Positions 7,410-19,500 of a stretch of 64,000 bases of DNA are shown in pieces. Source of the stretch: Balanoglossus misakiensis (lineage: Eukaryota; Animalia; Hemichordata); assembly GCA_040954595.2 (NCBI GenBank), contig CM082577.2:3720305-3784304 (forward strand), in the 5' to 3' direction. Positions within the stretch are counted from its first letter, which is position 1, and the number at the start of each line of letters is the position of its first letter. The notes under the pieces were generated by a model. It had not been told where the DNA came from, ran no database searches, and saw only the letters and a list, made by a program, of their open reading frames with translations. The position numbers and the translations under genes were made by a program.

Positions 7410-10312
7410 ATCTTCGAAATCTGACGCTGCAGATCAGAATCCCTGAGTCAATTAAACGAGAGACATCGATGTGGGAATGAGACGGCATCAAAGACCTTTC
7501 GCTTTCGCTTTCGTGGGTTCAACTCAGATCACACCGTGCATCCTTTGTAGGGCTTTGTAAACTCACCGCTCCCGAAGTCATTCTGAAAATCCACATAGTC
7601 AAATATCGATATGAGGAGCGTGGCACTCCACCTGAATATGAAGGCGCTATCTCACAAATCATTAGCAAGATATAGCTCCAGAAGTAGTACCGCTTTCAGG
7701 CTAGGCTGTCGATATCGAACGTACCTGTCCTTCGGCGACCTTGAATTATTCACGTTTTGAAGCTCACCCATTTACGACTTACAGCGGAACTCACGACGAT
7801 TCTAAATTCAGGCGTTCGGGCGCGTCGCGTCGCGTTGACAATTTTTAGATGAAGCTGGAAGGTGCAAGGGGGTTTTGTACTGTTCACAGAGGAAGATACT
7901 CCTGGAGGCAGATATACCGACAGACGGTGGATAGAGTTTACCGTGTCGTACGTGTCGCAAGGCACGGTTTGGCGCGTACCATTTCACGGTGGAATGAAGA
8001 CCTCTGTTAATGACGTATGCGGACTATAAAAAGCAAATTACATACCTTGAACGTATTCATAGTGTGTGCGGTTATCCGCCTATACACAGTCCCTCCAGTG
8101 GCCTATAACATTGCCTGCGACTGACGTGAACGAAAACGCTAATTACATGTAGTCCATCACTATTAAAATCGGCATGAAAAATACCAAGCCCAGAAAAACA
8201 GAAAACCACCACACAGATTTCAGTTTCATATTTTACCTCCCTCATCTGAAGATACACAATCTTTATTTACTGAGCTGACTAGGCCTATATTCTGGAGGAA
8301 AATGTGATGCTGACGTGAGCAAGGTACGTAAACAAGGATTTTTGTAGCCTCAGTTACTGACTAAAGCATACCCGGTGATTTAGACTGCAAACCCTCCCCT
8401 GTCACACAGTACTGTGTTCACATAATTGAATTGTGCACTATACATTGCAAGTGCTGGAACAGCCTGTATTTTTATACATAAGTGAGATTACCCCTAAATA
8501 CATTTTAATTTCAAGTGACCTCCACCATAATTCATTGCTTCTTCTTAGATACATGGACCTGTTTTCAATCATCCATTATATGTCAAAAACGGCTGACTCA
8601 ATTTATTCCAATTCCTTTGTTGTGGATGCTATTTCTGGCATTTTCGAACAATCCCCTTACAAGTCGTTATTTACCTTTCATTGAAACCAGCGCTCAGCTT
8701 TCGTTTAACACCGATTGAGTAGAAAACGATTACAACTGCAGCTGTTTATGGATATTTGCATACGGATAAAATGTTTTCAAAATCTCAGAAGAGACGTCTA
8801 CTACACACGCACACTATTTGTCATTTTGCTTAGTTCAAACAATGATTTCCCCATTACGAATTTATCTTCAAATACAACTTAACAGATGTCGTTCGTGATA
8901 AAAGGCTATGTCTAAGCATTCTGTTGCCAATGTGGTGGCTCACATTTTTTCGCTTGGCCACCCAAGTGAAATCGTTTGATTGGTAAATGTGACTAAATTT
9001 TCACAGGTGACTGTACTGCATAGTACCTTTAAATCAATCCGACACCGAGGGAGTCTGTAACTTGAAGAGAGATAAAATGCTCACACGACCCCATCTGAGA
9101 GTATGGCTTACAAGTTTTATCACTTCTAAGAGCTGAATATGACTGAAATAAAGCTTTGTAGGTCTCAGTGGTAATTTGTCGTCCAACAGTACTGATCTCT
9201 TGAATGTCAATGAAATTTCTGTGAATGACGAAAACAAAGGGTGCCGAAATGTGGATAAGGCGTAATTGAACAGAGGAAACATATCACGCAGACAGTTTGC
9301 AACGCGAACTCGACGTTGTAATCCCAGTGTAGTTTCACTGAATTTATTTTGTAAACACTGTGCAAAACACATGTCTCCTGGCAGACGGTGTCATGAATTA
9401 TCCAAACTCTAATATTTTATCTCAATTGATCATATCCAGCAACTGTACGGGTCTCAGGGAAGATTTGACGGTAATCACCTGGCGAATGTAACCATTTATC
9501 AACGTCGCAGCGTACATCTCCCTTGGTATACTATTACCGATTACATTCTGCGGATCTGCATTTTAAATTCTTGCTCATACACAACCACTTTGTCTAAGGA
9601 ACTAGTCGGGGTGGATTTTATTTTATGTATAATTAAAAAGACAAAACATATCCGAGTGCCTTTATTAGTCAATTATGGACCCCCAACCAAAATTCCCTCA
9701 TCCTGTTTCTGAACTTCCAACTAATTTATTAAATAATGGCACTAGTTGCCCATCACGGTCTGTAAAAGCATTTGTTAACGAGTCATGTACAGTTGCCATT
9801 TTTTCCCTTGGACGAAAGCGTCACATTAGAATGATAATTGATTGATAACATAACGAGAAATCCTAATTAAATTTATTGGTTCCCACTGGGACTTATTAAT
9901 TGGATTTCGTCTGTGTGTCCCTCGCAGCTGTTGTCTACATAGTCCTGTTTTGAGTCACACAGGATAGACTACCGCAACGTATCCCTTTTTATTCGGATCG
10001 ACTAATTGACAGGTTTCCAATGTTACCTCCAGGCGTTGGGCGCAATTTAAGCGTCCTCCAACGAAAATGAAAATACACGTAAGAGGGCGCCATTGCAAGA
10101 TGACGTGTCATGACCAAATGCGTGGTGTGCACTTTCGGTGAATTGCGCCATCTACGATCATCTCATTGTGGACCGACCGTATCTGCGTAAATTATTGTAC
10201 ACTGTCAAATGTCAAGTTAAAACTAGTGTATGACTAGTGTATTTTCGCATGCGCAAGAAAACCAAAGGCAGAAGTTCAGCTTTTTCGCAATACATGTAGT
10301 ACATGATTTATC

Positions 10313-10340
10313 CATGGAGGTACTCTCTAGTACCTCCATG
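10313..10340. mobile_element. 28-bp palindromic mini-insertion with 7-bp flanking direct repeat
   Basis: atttatc-CATGGAGGTACT-ctct-AGTACCTCCATG-atttatc: perfect 12-bp inverted arms and an identical 7-bp flank on both sides. Confidence 0.6.
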
Positions 10341-10799
10341 ATTTATCTACTAGTAAGTACACGTATGTAAACAATGTAACTGACCCTGTATAGCATACTG
10401 TTCAAGTGGCTTGCACGACCGAAAGAATCTTTAAAATCATTATCTATGTTCAACGTTTGTGTACGCCTTCAGTGAAAAGATGCAGGCTGCTGACATCCTG
10501 ACAAAACCACCTGCACCTACCGATGACCTTGCTAGATCTACGGTGACCTTGGCTGTTATCATAGTGTTATAGCCGTTTCAATGTGTGAACATATGGCACA
10601 TTACTATTCTTGGAGGTATGGTTATATCAATTTTTATTCATTTTGTTAAATTATGTATTATTTATTTCACGCATATATTTATGCATTTATTAGTAAAAGA
10701 GTTGGAGATGGAAAATGAAGGAACTGTCTGTCTGTCTGTCTGTCTGTTTGTTTGTTTGCATGTCTGTCCTCTTCTTTTACTCACTCTCTAATTGGATTG

Positions 10800-11200
10800 T
10801 GACGTAACTGGACGTGGACGCACACTGACAAATACCGACATTAACGAGATTATGCACTACAAATGATGTAGCGTGTGAAACGTTGACCCAACAAGGCCGG
10901 GAATAACGAGGAGTTCATTTTGTATGTCTGGCTTGACTGTGACGTCACGTGATAACGCAACATGAATAATCACTTCATAACAAAATAATCTCGGTGGTCA
11001 TTTGTCATTTATTCCAAATATTTTCCGGCAAATTCTGCAGACAATGACATTATCAATTTCGCGTTGATTTATTTCTCACCACTCGTTTCCTGACAGACAG
11101 TTCCGCCGCGATATGATAAAACGCCACCGACGGTGACTTTTCAGTTATTTTCAACCGCAAGTTGCGGCGACAACCGGAAATTATGCACTCTTTGACGTCA
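10800..11200. promoter_or_regulatory. Cluster of CRE/ATF motifs
   Basis: TGACGTCA at 10940-10947 (overlapping a CACGTG E-box) and at 11193-11200; TGACGTAA at 10800-10807. About 3.4-3.8 kb upstream of the sulfotransferase start. Motif match only. Confidence 0.3.
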
Positions 11201-14200
11201 CTCCTAGTAAAGACATTTTCTTGACATATTTTGCAAATTAATATCTCGGGGAACTTGTTTTGACGGTACAGAGTGGTTGTTTGAACAAGTCACGTGATTC
11301 TTCGTCTCCCCGGTACAAATGGTCGTCTGTCAAATCGCGTTTGGCCTCTACTAATCCCTTCGCCCCCTTTCTCCTCATTTGCTCCTGTCGGTTTAGGATC
11401 AAAATGAAATGTTCCCGTGGATAATTAGAAGTATCCGAAATCAAACAAGTTGAGTATTTGACCAGTACCCTGTATAAGAAAGAGTTAATTAATTTTAATT
11501 ACAATGAAGAGAATTATAGGTACTAGAACAACGGAAATTATGGATTATTTTTGAGAGGCGGTTAAATTACCTTCGTATATAGTTTTAACCCTTATCCTGC
11601 CAAATCGGTTGACACTGTGGTAAGGTAACACATGGTTCAATGTATGTCTTTGTGGAAACCCAGGTAAAGTGTATACATGTTCACCGATATTACCCCGGGA
11701 GGGAAAACAATTACAGTTTTCATTTTTGCGCCCCTATTTATTTGTCAAGTCCTGTACACCCTGTATCAGTCTTGTACATTCTATATATAATCTCCGGTGT
11801 TGATGGATGACTAGAGCCACATGACGCCCGTCAGTTGATTGATTGCTAACGGCAATAATGCGCTCGGATGTACGGTGTTGTTTGATTAACTGTTTCGGCT
11901 CGTGGATTGCCCGAGCCATATTCAGGACTTGGCTGCTAGCTGGCTGTCGTATACTCTCGTATCGCTGACCCGTTCGCAGCTGTTGTGTGACATTCGCGTT
12001 GTGAGCGGATATGATAATAGATTCGGAGTCAATGGAGGCTCCCCTCCCTCCCTCCCCATCCCTCTTGGTCTCCCGATCGACGACATGTACGATGTATGTA
12101 TTACTCTCCCTTAGCGATTGTTTTAGCCATACCTGGCGACGAAAATGCTGGAGCCAGCGCCAGTCATGCCATTTCTCGATCAGTACGCCTGCGCGCACAC
12201 GTGTACCCGTGCACAAGACTAGATGTTTTGACAGACCGCCACACTCAAACACACACAAATTGCTTTTGAACGTTGATATTTGTTCAGATGAAAGAGGTCA
12301 CAACAGGTTAGGTAAGTCTGGTCTCAAGATGAGGAGATTCAAGGCGAACGTCGATTCACATATATTCTGACAGCCAAGCTATCCCGCATGCCATTTTGTC
12401 TTCGTGTACTTGCTCGTAACATAACAAACACAACATAACATAACAAAAGCCTGACGATATATGAGTAGAGAGAGAAATGAAAAAAAGAAATAAAGAAAGA
12501 AAGAAAGAAAGGATGGAAGGAAGGAATGGATGTACCGCCGTGATGAGATTGTAATTGATGGTGGACATGTAGTCAGTCACAGTTGTTGCTGACGACCACG
12601 CCATGTTAATAAAATATTGTCGTCTCCAAATAACCGATAACAACTTTATGAACTCAAATTCCAACAACAAAAAGGATTGTAAAATTTCTGATCTCTGAGT
12701 GGTCTGAAGCCGACCGGACATGTCATAATTAAAATTCCTACAACAAATCCTGTACGGGCGCTGCATTCCGATGTAATAGTTAGCACTGGTTTCCATTGCA
12801 AATTGTCTGGAGTATCTGGCGTGACATATCCATTTGGTCTGGCATTCAAAAAGCTGGAACTTTAGAAGATTACTGGGCCGTATTCCTCAAAGTCGCAAGC
12901 TGCTCGCTGAAAAAGCAAACCACACATATCGTTACATCGTTCACCGAGGTTCCTATCTGCTTGGGCATTACGTCACATTTGCTCTGCAGGGCGGCCAATC
13001 AGGCGTTCCCTTTTTTTCATGTACGCTTGCGACTGCGTGAAAAAAAACTCGCCAGCAGTCGACCACTGACCGCGCTAAGTGGCCTATAGGTGGACCCGGT
13101 GCAGATGTACAAGCCACGGCACGCTCTTCCATGCTCACGGGTATATAGATTGCACACTGAGAGATACCAACTATTTTAATGCATGCTGGCAGACCAGAGA
13201 TACCTCGGACTGATACATAGAGGCACGGAGCATATGGTGCTTTAGATAACCCCTTTCTAATCGCGGGAATATTTTCCATTTGGATGTAGACGGCGCAGTA
13301 GCGATATTCATTCCCGGCAAGGCGTTCACGCTTCCGGCTGTTGACTGTAGATTCGGGTGCGATTACACTCAGACCGTCACATGCTGCCAGCATTGCGAAA
13401 CGTTCGACAGCCTAGAGTTCTACGCGATATACACACGTGTCGCACTGTTGTTTAGTTCACCTTGTCAACTGGAATATTGTCTGATCACGACCCACGTGAT
13501 GTTTGTTCCGGAGAGTAAACACGTTTAAAGGTGAGTCTCTCCCTCTTCCCCCGTCCCCCCATCTGCACAGGTTCTTTGGGTGAATCGCTTGAGTGACGCT
13601 TAGGGGGGGGGGGGGAACTCCCTGAAAAATTCACAACCGCTCACTCAGAGATGCCAGTAAAGCTTTCGTGTTTGAGATAAATCGTTGATGTCTATCGGGG
13701 CTTTTAGAGCGCAGTTGTTTGTGACATTCACAAGAAGTCGTCCCTCTCCGGCACTGCATATTCGTTTCCCAAAGCGCGGGGTTTTAAACCCGTGAAAAAA
13801 GCGAGGTCCTTCGAGAGGTTGGATGTACGGTTACTCAGTGCACTCACTGAGAAGAGCTTTCACGTATCTTCGTGGCTCACTCGAATCACTCACCAAGATG
13901 GCTCCTCGAGATTCCGCGTCCGGAGATGGCTCCTAGATAAGTCGCAGCGTTTTTTTAGTGACAGAATAAAAAAGTCCACTTAACATTTGAAGCACCACTT
14001 GTTAAAAATCACCCCGGGGTTCATTAGAGCTGCCAATGAAATGTGACACGTTTAGAAAAAAAAACGAAATTGCGAAGACTGGAAAGCCCTCGGATGGAGT
14101 CGCTTGAAATGAAATAAAACCAGCAAGAACGCGCATGGTGCGTGATGCTGTATGCAGCTTGCTTTTATAAGCAATTATCACAATCCATTGTTATACGGCC

Positions 14201-14554
14201 ATGCACATAAGATGAACCCTGTTCACTGTGCTGTGGCTTCAGCGAGATATATAGGCTGGCAAACCGTGAATTATTAACATTGTTGACAGTTTTTAGTTTT
14301 GTATACTTTGTTCAGGAAAGAGTGGCAATACAATTTCGGGAGCTGCGTCCATAAATTTAATTTTTGTACTTCGACATTTTTCCATGAACTGCAAACGCAA
14401 AAGGAATGACATTAGATAACTGTCGTGACATCGTTTGGAATAATCAGTCGACTATTAATATTTTGCGGGCAACAGGTGGACCAGCAAAAATGATCTCTGT
14501 ACAGTAGATGGACAATTTTGTACAGTTTACGGCCATTTGATGCAACTGCCATGC

Positions 14555-14767
14555 ATACATACATACAGACAGAATACATATACATACATATATACATACA
14601 TACATACATACAAACATACAAACATACATACATACATACATACATACATACATACATACATACATACATACATACATACATACATACATACATACATACA
14701 TACATACATACATACATACATACATACATACATACATACATACATACATACAGACAGACAGACAGAC
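14555..14767. repeat. (TACA)n microsatellite ending in (CAGA)n
   Basis: About 200 bp, read directly. Explains the MYVC/HTYI ORFs. Confidence 0.97.
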
Positions 14768-15786
14768 ACGCTTGTAAGCGAGACCGATCGTCAAGTAAGT
14801 TCAATGGCAGACATTCTTAAAAAGACCGCTTTAACCAGTAAACATGGCGGTTTAAGGCCAATTACTGAACGGCGCGTTCGTTGTTATTGATCCAGACGCA
14901 CTCTTTAAATAGCACTGATAAGACATGTGACGAATGTTATTAGTTCAATTGAAATACAAATATTAGTAGAAGTAAAATACAAACAATCGCATCAAATATC
15001 GGATCTGTCACATCAGGCGAGGCTGGCCATCAACGTTCGCGAGAGGAAAGAGAAGTTACCGCCAAAGTTCTGCCATAAGTCTGTAATTGAACTTGACGAA
15101 TTCGTTTTACGGACGTTATTCATTTGCAAATAAAACCACGGGAGATATCAAATAATTCGGAGGTAGAGTAGCTAAATTGACATGAATTGATGTCCCCACT
15201 GTTTCGCTTTGTACGATGATACAGCTTTCCGCCGATAGTCGCCCCCCCCCCCCGCCGAGGCGATATGGTTTCTCAAATGGACATGTATTTCACGGTGAAG
15301 GTTAATGGGAATGGCGCAGAGATATCGTAGAATAACTTTGCGGTGATATCAGCCCATTCCAGAGCGGTGCATTCCAGAAACACGGTGATAAAGTCCAATT
15401 AGAGCGAAACATGTCTGTTAGTGATGATTGTGGCTAGATCCACAGGACTCTCTACCAAGGAGAAACCTCCAAGTTGTATGTTGGAGTGAGATCTGTGTCT
15501 GTCTGATTCCACTGACAGTTGCAGAGCTGGACTGAAAGATCACACATCTAGCCTGCCAGATGAGTGGGGCGGCTTATTGCATCGCACCTTTCTATACTAT
15601 ACATATCAGTTCCTTGCTTCGCCTGCCATCTCCGGATTAACTTGTGATTTTTTTGTTACATCGAATTTGACCAAGAAAGACGGTCATCTTTCTTGAGGGA
15701 CTGTGATTTGACTTAACCGATAGTGATGTCGACTAAAACTATAACACAGGTACATACATGTATATCATAGATACATAAGCAGATGT

Positions 15787-15905
15787 CATTCATTCATTCA
15801 TTCATTCATTCATTCATTCATTCATTCATTCATTCATTCATTCATTCATTCATTCATTCATTCATTCATTCATTCATTCATTCATTCATTCGTTCGTTCG
15901 TTCGT
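15787..15905. repeat. (TTCA)n microsatellite switching to (TTCG)n
   Basis: Read directly. Confidence 0.97.
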
Positions 15906-16536
15906 TTTGACCAGGTCTTATGGTCATAAGTATCGCACTCCCATAAGACCCCTTTTCGTTGGGATGGCCCACCTTACTGTATCATCCCCAACAAACCAAA
16001 TACATGTATACTGTGCGCACACGTTCGGAAATATCAAAGAGTTCGCCTCAGTTGGCATATAGGATTACAAAGCTCGACATCGGCCATCTCGCTGCATGGC
16101 ACACATCAACAGCTGATCACTGGAACAAAAATAATACATCACACATGGCAACCTTGTGTTGTTGGGAGAGACAATCACTTTCTTTTCATCTGTCAGTGTT
16201 TATCACAGGGGGTATTTATAAGGTCGTCGAGGTTATTTCAATGATTTAGGAAAGCATATAGCGTGGAAAAAATTTAAAACCGTACGCTGGAGTTGGCCAC
16301 TATCTATCTAGCCGCACTTTAATACTCAATATGTATCGGTCTGGTATACGCCTGTTCACAATTCGCCGGTTGTCTAATTGAGTTCGCCGTGTGTAGTAGG
16401 CTAGTGTGTGTCTCATGGCGATTCACTGTTCGTAAATTGCATGTATGCGTATTACGAAGTGTAATCCCCTGAACAATAAAACTGACGCGCCCTAGTTTTA
16501 ATCCTGGCATTGAGAAACATGTTATCTGTCAAATCC

Positions 16537-19500
16537 GAGCTATAACCCATGATTTTTATTAAAAAATGAAGAAATTTTGAAAATTCACAAAGACGAAAAA
16601 TTGTCATTTTTTATGATTTTCATGAGCTATAACCCATGATTTTTATTAAAAAATGAAGAAATTTTGAAAATTTACAAAGTCGAAAAACTTTCCTTTTTGG
16701 ATGATTTTCATGAGCTATAACCCATGATTTTTATTAAAAAATGAAGAAATTTTGAAATTTCGGAAAGTCGAAAAATTATCATTTGTGGATGATTTTCATG
16801 AGCTATAACCCATGATTTTTTCAAAAAATGAAGAAATTTTGAAAATTCACAAAGACGAAAAATTGTCATTTTTTATGATTTTCATGAGCTATAACCCATG
16901 ATTTTTATTAAAAAATGAAGAAATTTTGAAAATTTACAAAGTCGAAAAATTGTCATTTGTGGATGATTTTCATGAGCTATAACCCATGATTTTTTCAAAA
17001 AATGAAGAAATTTTGAAATTTCGGAAAGTCGAAAAATTGTCATTTGTGGATGATTTTCATGAGCTATAACCCATGATTTTTTCAAAAATGAAGAAATTTT
17101 GAAAATTCACAAAGACGAAAAATTGTCATTTTTTATGATTTTCATGAGCTATAACCCATGATTTTTATTAAAAAATGAAGAAATTTTGAAAATTTACAAA
17201 GTCGAAAAACTTTCATTTTTGATGATTTTCATGACCTATAACCCATGATTTTTATTAAAAAATGAAGAAATTTTGAAATTTCGGAAAGTCGAAAAATTGT
17301 CATTTGTGGATGATTTTCATGAGCTATAACCCATGATTTTTATTAAAAAATGAAGAAATTTTGAAATTTCGGAAAGTCGAAAAATTGTCATTTGTGGATG
17401 ATTTTCATGAGCTATAACCCATGATTTTTTCAAAAAATGAAGAAATTTTGAAATTTCGGAAAGTCGAAAAATTGTCATTTGTGGATGATTTTCATGAGCT
17501 ATAACCCATGATTTTTTCAAAAAATGAAGAAATTTTGAAATTTCGGAAAGTCGAAAAATTGTCATTTGTGGATGATTTTCATGAGCTATAACCCATGATT
17601 TTTTCAAAAAATGAAGAAATTTTGAAATTTCGGAAAGTCGAAAAATTGTCATTTGTGGATGATTTTCATGAGCTATAACCCATGATTTTTTCAAAAAATG
17701 AAGAAATTTTGAAATTTCGGAAAGTCGAAAAATTGTCATTTGTGGATGATTTTCATGAGCGATAACCCATGATTTTTTCAAAAAATGAAGAAATTTTGAA
17801 ATTTCGGGAAGTCGAAAAATTGCCATTTTTTGATGATTTTCATTAGCTATAACCCATGATTTTTTCAAAAAATGAAGAAATTTTGAAAATTCACAAAGAC
17901 GAAAAATTGTCATTTTTTATGATTTTCATGAGCTATAACCCATGATTTTTATTAAAAAATGAAGAAATTTTGAAAATTTACAAAGTCGAAAAACTTTCAT
18001 TTTTTGATGATTTTCATGAGCTATAACCCATGATTTTTATTAAAAAATGAAGAAATTTTGAAATTTCGGAAAGTCGAAAAATTGTCATTTGTGGATGATT
18101 TTCATGAGCTATAACCCATGATTTTTTCAAAAAATGAAGAAATTTTGAAAATTCACAAAAACGAAAAATTGTCATTTTTTATGATTTTCATGAGCTATAA
18201 CCCATGATTTTTATTAAAAAATGAAGAAATTTTGAAAATTTACAAAGTCGAAAAACTTTCATTTTTTGATGATTTTCATGAGCTATAACCCATGATTTTT
18301 ATTAAAAAATGAAGAAATTTTGAAATTTCGGAAAGTCGAAAAATTGTCATTTGTGGATGATTTTCATGAGCTATAACCCATGATTTTTTCAAAAATGAAG
18401 AAATTTTGAAAATTCACAAAGACGAAAAATTGTCATTTTTTATGATTTTCATGAGCTATAACCCATGATTTTTATTAAAAAATGAAGAAATTTTGAAATT
18501 TCGGAAAGTCGAAAAATTGTCATTTGTGGATGATTTTCATGAGCTATAACCCATGATTTTTTCAAAAAATGAAGAAATTTTGAAATTTCGGAAAGTCGAA
18601 AAATTGTCATTTGTGGATGATTTTCATGAGCTATAACCCATGATTTTTTCAAAAATGAAGAAATTTTGAAAATTCACAAAGACGAAAAATTGTCATTTTT
18701 TATGATTTTCATGAGCTATAACCCATGATTTTTATTAAATAATGAAGAAATTTTGAAAATTTACAAAGTCGAAAAACTTTCATTTTTTGATGATTTTCAT
18801 GAGCTATAACCCATGATTTTTATTAAAAATTGAAGAAATTTTGAAATTTCGGAAAGTCGAAAAATTGTCATTTGTGGATGATTTTCATGAGCTATAACCC
18901 ATGATTTTTTCAAAAAATGAAGAAATTTTGAAAATTCACAAAGACGAAAAATTGTCATTTTTTATGATTTTCATGAGCTATAACCCATGATTTTTATTAA
19001 AAAATGAAGAAATTTTGAAATTTCGGAAAGTCGAAAAATTGTCATTTGTGGATGATTTTCATGAGCTATAACCCATGATTTTTTCAAAAATGAAGAAATT
19101 TTGAAAATTCACAAAGACGAAAAATTGTCATTTTTTATGATTTTCATGAGCTATAACCCATGATTTTGATTAAAAAATGAAGAAATTTTGAAATTTCGGA
19201 AAGTCGAAAAATTGTCATTTGTGGATGATTTTCATGAGCTATAACCCATGATTTTTTCAAAAATGAAGAAATTTTGAAAATTCACAAAGACGAAAAATTG
19301 TCATTTTTTATGATTTTCATGAGCTATAACCCATGATTTTTATTAAAAAATGAAGAAATTTTGAAAATTTACAAAGTCGAAAAATTGTCATTTGTGGATG
19401 ATTTTCATGAGCTATAACCCATGATTTTTTCAAAAAATGAAGAAATTTTGAAATTTCGGAAAGTCGAAAAATTGTCATTTGTGGATGATTTTCATGAGCT

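Noticed and set aside
6090-7491. ORFs overlapping the sulfotransferase (6090-6785 +, 6235-6702 -, 7108-7491 - and others)
   Set aside because: Antisense or alternate-frame shadows of a GC-rich CDS with no motifs.
11585-11610. piggyBac-like end ttaacccttatcctgcc (and aaagggttaa at about 48124)
   Set aside because: Only single ends, with no matching partner TIR nearby.
11734-13528. Cluster of 100-170 aa ORFs on both strands
   Set aside because: Low-complexity or compositionally random translations with no family motifs.
14412-14890. ORFs with MYVC/HTYI repeats; likewise the poly-Met ORF at 1524 and Cys/Val-rich ORFs at 4256-4533
   Set aside because: Translations of microsatellites.
15421-15518. 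Possible C/D-box snoRNA (GTGATGA ... CTGA)
   Set aside because: Terminal stem of only about 3 bp, no recognisable rRNA guide and no evident host gene.
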